Assembly (NCBI GenBank): GCA_964016885.1
Contig: OZ024741.1
Coordinates: forward strand, 168,702,001 to 168,766,000
Direction of reading: 5' to 3'
DNA from: Eledone cirrhosa
Lineage: Eukaryota
DNA: 64,000 nucleotides
Below are positions 56,401 through 64,000 of this stretch, in pieces. The first letter of the stretch is position 1, and each line of letters starts with the position of its first letter. A program made the position numbers and the translations under genes. Below the pieces are notes generated by a model that saw nothing but the letters and a program-made list of their open reading frames with translations, was not told the origin of the DNA and searched no databases.

Positions 56401-56732
56401 AAGTAGTTGCATTGGATGGAGTCAACTGACGTCAGAGATTGCTCAACGTATAATAAAGTGTGTTTTAAAATCCGGAGAAAATATGGAGAAAAAATTTACG
56501 AAATGGAAATGCGGGTATATAGAATTTATTAGGTAACAATTGTTTCTATAGTGTATGAGTTACCTATACCTCGGTATTTGAATAATACACAAATATTATC
56601 AAAAACCGAAAGTACACTGTAAGCCAACACACCATGTCATCAGACCTTTGTATTAGAATGATATGAAAATATTTTATACACTAGATAAAAGATAAAGAAG
56701 GAGGTAGGAAGAGAAGGGGAAGAGGGAAGTGA
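53470..56732 (-). mobile_element. Near full-length Penelope-like (Naiad-type) element with direct pLTRs
   Basis: ~245-bp direct repeats 53470-53716 and 56487-56732, each with an HHR, enclose the RT-EN ORF. Confidence 0.95.
54042..56323 (-). pseudogene. PLE polyprotein (RT plus GIY-YIG) split by two frameshifts
   Basis: SLKNIPI N-terminus, IIKADK, LKDHK, RLI.P.KS, FIQFDI, MGS.D.AE, GIYRDD, FLDV; then CNC..CPL, YYVG.T..FKAR, CKLC, CNH. Confidence 0.95.
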
Positions 56733-56935
56733 AATATATATATATATATATGAATATATATATATATGTACAATAAAGTATGTCCATAGAATCATTTGAT
56801 AAAATATATACACCATTTCCTCTCCCAATCACCATAATCAGCCACACAAAAAAACAATTAAACCAGGCTATAAGATTAAAAGACACCTATGAAGAAATAA
56901 TAGATAAATAAACGACAGCTATCTGTATATATATG

Positions 56936-56982
<47 letters not shown>

Positions 56983-56987
56983 ATGTA

Positions 56988-57040
<53 letters not shown>

Positions 57041-57045
57041 ATGTA

Positions 57046-57148
<103 letters not shown>

Positions 57149-57151
57149 GTT

Positions 57152-57200
<49 letters not shown>

Positions 57201-57203
<3 letters not shown>

Positions 57204-58133
57204 TATTGAAGTTTCCGTTGAAAATTGAGAAAGTCATAGGAGTGAAGAGTGCTCTATGTAAGTTACAGAGCTAAATTTAATGTATAATAAACAATACAAT
57301 ATAATTACCTCATTACCAGTGGTTTCCCGAATAAGACGATTACAAGAAACGTCCCCATTCGTTCGTCAGACAAGGCAATTTAAAATATAGTGAAATATTT
57401 GAAAAATCTCCTCAAGAAAGGCAAAAGTTTAACGTGCAAAACAGAATATATAAATAAAAGTAATGCAAGAAATATATAAAAATAATAAGGAAATATAGTA
57501 AGGGTATGTGTATAAATGTGTGTATATGCACCTACAAATGTACATATGTGTGTATGTACAAATGCATGTGTATAGTGGAAAAATGTGTGCGTAAGTACAT
57601 ACATGAAGGCAAGCATATCAGTGTAAGTGTGACCACAAATACGTATATAATATATGTTGAAAAAAGAAATTGTAAGATAATAGAGTTAGCGTACATACAG
57701 ACTCAGGGACTAAGGATTGAAATATATACACATACAAGTATGAAAGCACGCGTATAAACACACACACACACGCGCAACCACTTACATGCAAGTGATATAT
57801 ACAGGGAAGGGAGTGTATCAGTCAAAGCAGTGTCAGGTCGGTACATATATAAAAAATATAAAATATGAAAATGAAAAAATGAAAAAATATATGAGAATAA
57901 AAAATTAAAACAAAGAGAAAGTATTAGGGAGGGGTCATCAATTATAAAGTCACATTAGAAAAAATAGAAAACATACATAGGTTCGTACACACACATATAT
58001 ATATAAATATATATATAAATACTTGCAGACAAAAGCACATACATGCGTACATACATACAAAAGCGCGCATATATACACACGAAGCACATATATATACATA
58101 CATGTACATCTAATCACACGCACGCACGCGACC

Positions 58134-58198
<65 letters not shown>

Positions 58199-59600
58199 CA
58201 TATACAAATACACATATATATAAGTATGTAAAAAACATAGATATAAAAACACACATACACACACACATATACACATACACGCGCACATACGAATGCATTC
58301 GTATACATATACAAACACGTATATACACACATGCACACTTACACGCATACATACAATATGAAAACCACCCGTATGAATAAACGAGTACAAATTATACGCA
58401 AGTAAACATACATAAAAGCGGCTGAGGGACAACAGAATATATCTGGAGATGAAAAACGCAAGTGACATGTGATATCAGGTAGTGAAGAAAAGGGGGAAGT
58501 AAAATATGTAAAATTGTGAAGATATAAAGTAAGTGAATCAAAAAGCGGGGTGTGGGGGGGGGGGGGGGTCACTGATGGATGTGAAGTAAAAATAAAGTTA
58601 AAAAATAAATAAAAGTAAATCAGAAAGAGAAGTCTGTAAAGAGGTTAATTTAATGAAATTGAAGACCAAGAGTTTATGGAGGATAAGTATCTGAAAGTGA
58701 GTTAAGTTTATATGAGCTGGAAAGGAAGTGTGATTTCATGTGTGCGCAACTGGTGAAAATTTCTGTTTTTGCATTTTGGCAGGTTTTATAAAATCCAATA
58801 TTTTTCACTTATGCAGAGTGCGCACCTTCTTGTTCCTCTTGCATATTCTTTAGATTGGTTCAAAATTGATCAATCTAATTTATATTGGATACCTTGGACT
58901 TGCAACTCCGATATTCTGCTAGCCAGAGCTGTTGTAAATATTTTTTCAGGATGTCAGAAAGATGCGACATGTGAGTAATAACGCGTTTATTATTTCATTT
59001 TTTCATTTTCATATTTTATATTTTTTATATATGTATCGACCTTCAGCCTGACACTGCTTTGACTGATACACTCGCTTCCCTGTATATATCACTCGCATGT
59101 TTGTGGTTGCGTGTGTATGTGTGTTTATACGCGTGCTTTCATAATTGTATGTGTATATATTTCAATCCTTAGTCCCTGAGTCTGTATGTACGTTAACTCT
59201 ATTATCTTACAATTTCTTTCTTCAACATATATTATATACGTATTTGTGGTCACACTTACACTGATATGCTTGTCCTCATGTATGTACTTACGCACATATT
59301 TTTTCACTATACACATGCATTTGTACATACACACATATGTACATTTGTAGGTGCATATACACACATTTATACACATACCCTTACTATATTTCCTTATTTC
59401 ATTTTTATATATCTCCTGCATTACTTTTATTTATATATTTTTTTGCCCGTTAAACTTTTGCCTTTCTTGAGGAGATTTTTCAAAAATTTCACTATATTTT
59501 AAATTGCCTTGTCTAACGAACGAATGAGGACGTTTCTTGTATTCGTCTTATTCGGGAAACCTCTGGTAATGAGGTACTTATATTGTATTGTTTATTATAC

Positions 59601-59603
<3 letters not shown>
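57201..59603 (-). mobile_element. 5'-truncated PLE with ~600-bp inverted pLTR
   Basis: Arms 57279-57884 / 58994-59603; HHRs at 57307-57376 (-) and 59506-59575 (+, CTAACGA mutant); GIY-YIG C-terminal remnant 58730-58985 (RYYSH..SF, RCALCISEK). Confidence 0.88.
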
Positions 59604-59647
<44 letters not shown>

Positions 59648-59686
59648 CTAATTTCAAACTCGCTCACTGTTTCAAAACATACTTAC

Positions 59687-59750
<64 letters not shown>

Positions 59751-59752
<2 letters not shown>

Positions 59753-60261
59753 TTTCTGAATTTGTTTAGCAAAATTCTTTATCTGAAAACGTGTGTTGAA
59801 ACCGATATTGTTATGCTTTGGGAGGGTCATGTTGCCAATAAGAAACACACGCACCAGTTGCTTTCACTCCAATTTTTTATAAATTAAATTTATAAATTTC
59901 CGGTTGGTTGGTTGGTTGGTTCCACAAACGGAGGGTCGTTCATATATTGTCAAAGTTCTTTCGTCACACATTCTGTGACCTCTTCAGTGACTGGGGATTC
60001 TTTTCTTTGTTTTTGTGCCTCTCCTTTGTTCTGTCCGACGCCATCTTGTTTTTGTGTGTGTTGTGTGGTTAGTTTGCGCATGTGTTACATCCGGGTGTCT
60101 GTGTGTGTTTATATTTGTTTATTTATTTGTTTATTTACATGTTACTGGTTGGTTGTTTGTTCTATGTGTGTATTTATGAATTTAATTTAAAATAAATTGG
60201 AGTGAATGCAACTGGTGCGTGTGTTTCTTATTGGCAACATGACTCTCCCAAAGCATAACAA

Positions 60262-60262
<1 letters not shown>
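59751..60262 (-). mobile_element. HHR element family E with ~80-bp inverted end
   Basis: HHR at 59949-59991; arms ~59806-59890 / 60181-60262. Confidence 0.8.
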
Positions 60263-60293
<31 letters not shown>

Positions 60294-60479
60294 CGTTATT
60301 CCGGGTTGAATCGGAGGTAACCACAGTAAGTAAGGTACTCAATACATTGCAGAGTATAAAAGTTTTAATATAGATGAGATTCTACAGGACTAGAACTGTT
60401 TCATTCTTTAGAAATCATCAGATGATTTCTAAAGAATGAAACAGTTCTAGTCCTGTAGAATCTCATCTATATTAAAACT
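60294..60479. mobile_element. Perfect palindrome of a pLTR end centred on an HHR core, plus tail
   Basis: 60361-60479 is palindromic about 60420; minus strand reads CTGATGA-TTTCT-AA-AGAAT-GAAA. Confidence 0.75.
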
Positions 60480-60499
60480 ATATATATATATATATATAT

Positions 60500-61110
60500 A
60501 TGGTGGCTGCCAACTCGTTTTCGAGTACGGCCACTACTTTATATCCATATAGGAGAACCCCTACCGATGCGCTGAACGAGTGTGACTTTTTAGTCCAGCC
60601 AGCGACTTGAAAACTCTGGTACAAACACTACACTTGTGACAAATATTGACACATAGTGCTGGGCCCATGGTACCCTGTGACGACAAGTGCAGAGAGATCT
60701 CCAGATATAAAGCAATGCCTGTGCCGTGAAGCTTTTATAGTGAGCAAAGGCACTGCACAAAGCCAGTCCCACTCTCTTAACCAAGATGATATTTACCAAA
60801 AAGAAGAACAAGTCAACATCATTGGATACCATCAGAGTTGCAGGTGTTATATCAGAGTTTTCCTTCTCCTAGAATTCTGCCTTGACAAAGGCTAAAGGGT
60901 CATCTCTCCCGGTGATTTTGGATGGCCATTGACTCTTAAGAGCTCCTTTGCCCTTTGACAGGTCTTGTTTTTAGTCCTGCAGGATGTCCAAAGTCACCCT
61001 CCTCACCAAGAAACCTTGGTGGGGTTGCCAGCTTAGTCGCCAACGACCCGACCATGGGTCAGGTTGTACTGGGATACATGTTACCAGTAGCTCCAACTGG
61101 TGACCAACTG
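60500..61110 (-). mobile_element. RTE-related SINE-like element (apparently full length)
   Basis: Homologous to 35937-36348, 10240-10755 and 63240-63885. Confidence 0.75.
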
Positions 61111-61122
61111 GTGATATATATA

Positions 61123-61220
61123 CAAGGTGTTCCCAAAAATGTATACACATTTTGATTACCTGTACAGGTAATACTTATTAGAATGCTGTTTAAGTGTGTA
61201 TGTATTTTGGGGTACACCTT
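61123..61220. mobile_element. Tc1/mariner-type MITE
   Basis: TA-CAAGGTGTTCCCAAAA...TTTTGGGGTACACCTT-ATA imperfect TIRs. Confidence 0.6.
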
Positions 61221-61229
61221 ATATATATA

Positions 61230-62261
61230 TAAACTAAAGTAAATTAAAAAAGAGAGGACAAGACAACGAAGGAAAACAAGGCCAACCGAAACATTTTTTT
61301 AAAAAATACAAATAGAAACAACAAACACAGAACCCCAGGATCATCGACCGTTGAGATGGACTTTGGGAGTTTCGACCTTTACCATCGGTACTGCAGGTCC
61401 ACCCGAGGTCACAGCGTCTGATACAAACCACCGCTGTCCAGAGGAGTAAGAGACGAGAGACAAAACATTAATTTATAGCAATTAAGCTACTAGTACACAT
61501 ACATTTTATGTGGCATCAGGGAAAAAGTGTTGTGCTCTTATAGCACGAGAGTCTCATGAATGAAACAAAGGAAGAAAAGGAATATATATACAGGAATTGA
61601 AGTATCAAGACCGTAGAGGTGTGACATATATCAAATCATATATTTTATCTGACGAGGACCTACTGAAAAAACAACACAGTACCTTCGAAATATCTATATA
61701 TATAAACCTGAGGATGTCAGTCTGTGTGTGTGAGAGTTTGAATCCCTAAAGCTAGAGAAGCACCCAACCGACTGTTTTCAAACTTTACACATGTAATACT
61801 TATGTTTCAGGGAGTGTTCTAAGCAAAGATAATTTCAAATTTTCAATGCCCTAGGGACCGCATTAGGCGATTTAGCGATCTCTCTCTATAATTCTTAGTC
61901 TTTCTCTTTTTAGATAGATACTTACATATAACGTCGCGCCCTTATAATATCTGTCTGTATGTCTGCTGTCTGCTGCATCCGGTTGTTCTGCCACCCTTGC
62001 TCAAGACAAATCTCACACTCATTCCCCAAACACTTGGTAAGTGCACACAACTTCTTCCTCACGTTTTAAGCCACAGTGTTGCTTACTTACGTACCACCAG
62101 ACCCTTACGTCTTTGCCAGCCGTGGTTGTGGCAATACTAGGCTTAGCTAAGGCGGTTATATATTTCACAATATCTTATCCCGTGCAACGCCGAGTACCAC
62201 TGCTAGTATATAACAAAGCATACTTTTGATTATGTGAATATCTTCATTTGTTAATAATTTG

Positions 62262-62266
<5 letters not shown>
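61230..62266 (+). mobile_element. pLTR-like element with HHR, interrupted by a Helitron
   Basis: CTGACGA-GG..TACTG/CAGTA..CC-GAAA at 61649-61690; the motif continues after 62206. Confidence 0.6.
61693..62206 (+). mobile_element. Non-autonomous Helitron
   Basis: 5' TCTATATATATAAA; 3' hairpin CCCGTGCAACGCCGAG then CTAG; inserted between A and T with no TSD. Confidence 0.85.
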
Positions 62267-62622
<356 letters not shown>

Positions 62623-62651
62623 GTATATATATATATGTATATATATATATG

Positions 62652-63055
<404 letters not shown>

Positions 63056-63239
63056 ATATATATATATATACATTAACGGAGGCGTGTAAGTGTGTCTGTG
63101 TGTGTTAGTAATGGAGCCTCTATCGTTTTAATATCCAAGAAACCTCCTATGGAATACAACCTCATGGGAGGTCAGGTAGATCTACATAGATTTGATCGGT
63201 AACAAGATGTATAAATGATTGCATGCAACCGTACATAGA

Positions 63240-63885
63240 TGGTGGCTGCCCCCTCGTCATCGAGTATGGCTATTACACGATATAAAATGATTAATAATTA
63301 TTAATTAATGCCATCGTGCACTCTCTGTGCGTGAAGATTTTTTTAAAGTGAGGAAAGACTGTGCACTGAGCCAATCCCACTCTCTGAGCGACAGTAGTTA
63401 TAACCCCAAAAGAAGAAAAGATCAACATCATCGACAACTACAGAACCGCAGGTTTTATGTCGGACTTATCCCAGTTTCCTGAGTTGCCTTCTCCTAGAAG
63501 AATGCCCTGAGAAAGGCTAGTGGTCCTTCACTACCAGTGGTTTAACTGCGCGATCAGGTATCCAGCCCGCCCGATTATTTCTATGTCCCCGTTTCATATG
63601 CATACACATGTACACATGTATATACATATATACACATATATACACATGTATACATATATATATATATATATATATACATATTTACACCTTTTGGGATGGC
63701 CGTTGACTCTTATGAGTTCTTCCGTCCTTTATCAGGTTTTGTTTTTTGTCCTGCAGGCTATCCGAAATCACCCTCCTCACCAAGTAAACTTGGTGGGGTT
63801 GCCGGTTTAGTCACCGACGACCTGACCATGCGAGAGGTTGTACTGGGTTACATGTTACCAGTAGCACTCAAGAGTGACCCGGCAT
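63240..63885 (-). mobile_element. RTE-related SINE-like element interrupted by microsatellite
   Basis: Ends match 60500-61110. Confidence 0.7.
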
Positions 63886-64000
63886 AACGTACATACATAC
63901 ACACATACGCACATACCTACACACACACGTACATACATACATGATAGTACTGCGGTCACCTATCAATACAACGTTCCAGGGAACCTCCTAGGAGAGTGTA

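Overview
This is an AT-rich, repeat-saturated animal genomic window. The SINE, RTE and microsatellite content points to an octopod cephalopod, which is an inference. No complete host gene is visible, only a few candidate exons. The window is mostly nested mobile DNA sitting in (TA)n microsatellites. There are five coding Penelope-like elements (PLEs) with Naiad-type RT and/or GIY-YIG motifs; one is near full-length with direct pseudo-LTRs. There are also many short non-coding PLE-dependent elements, plus tRNA-derived CORE-type and Meta-type SINEs, RTE, CRE and R4 LINE remnants, a mariner, a Helitron and MITEs. The main result of reading both strands by eye is about 25 hammerhead-ribozyme (HHR) motifs from about 14 sequence families. 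They include retrozyme-like tandem units with covarying stems, HHRs with ~90-100-nt stem II inserts, a rod-like element with an apical HHR, and fold-back insertions with a one-sided tail. A ~600-bp terminally redundant family has the same architecture but no canonical HHR. Coordinates were read by eye and may be off by a few bases.
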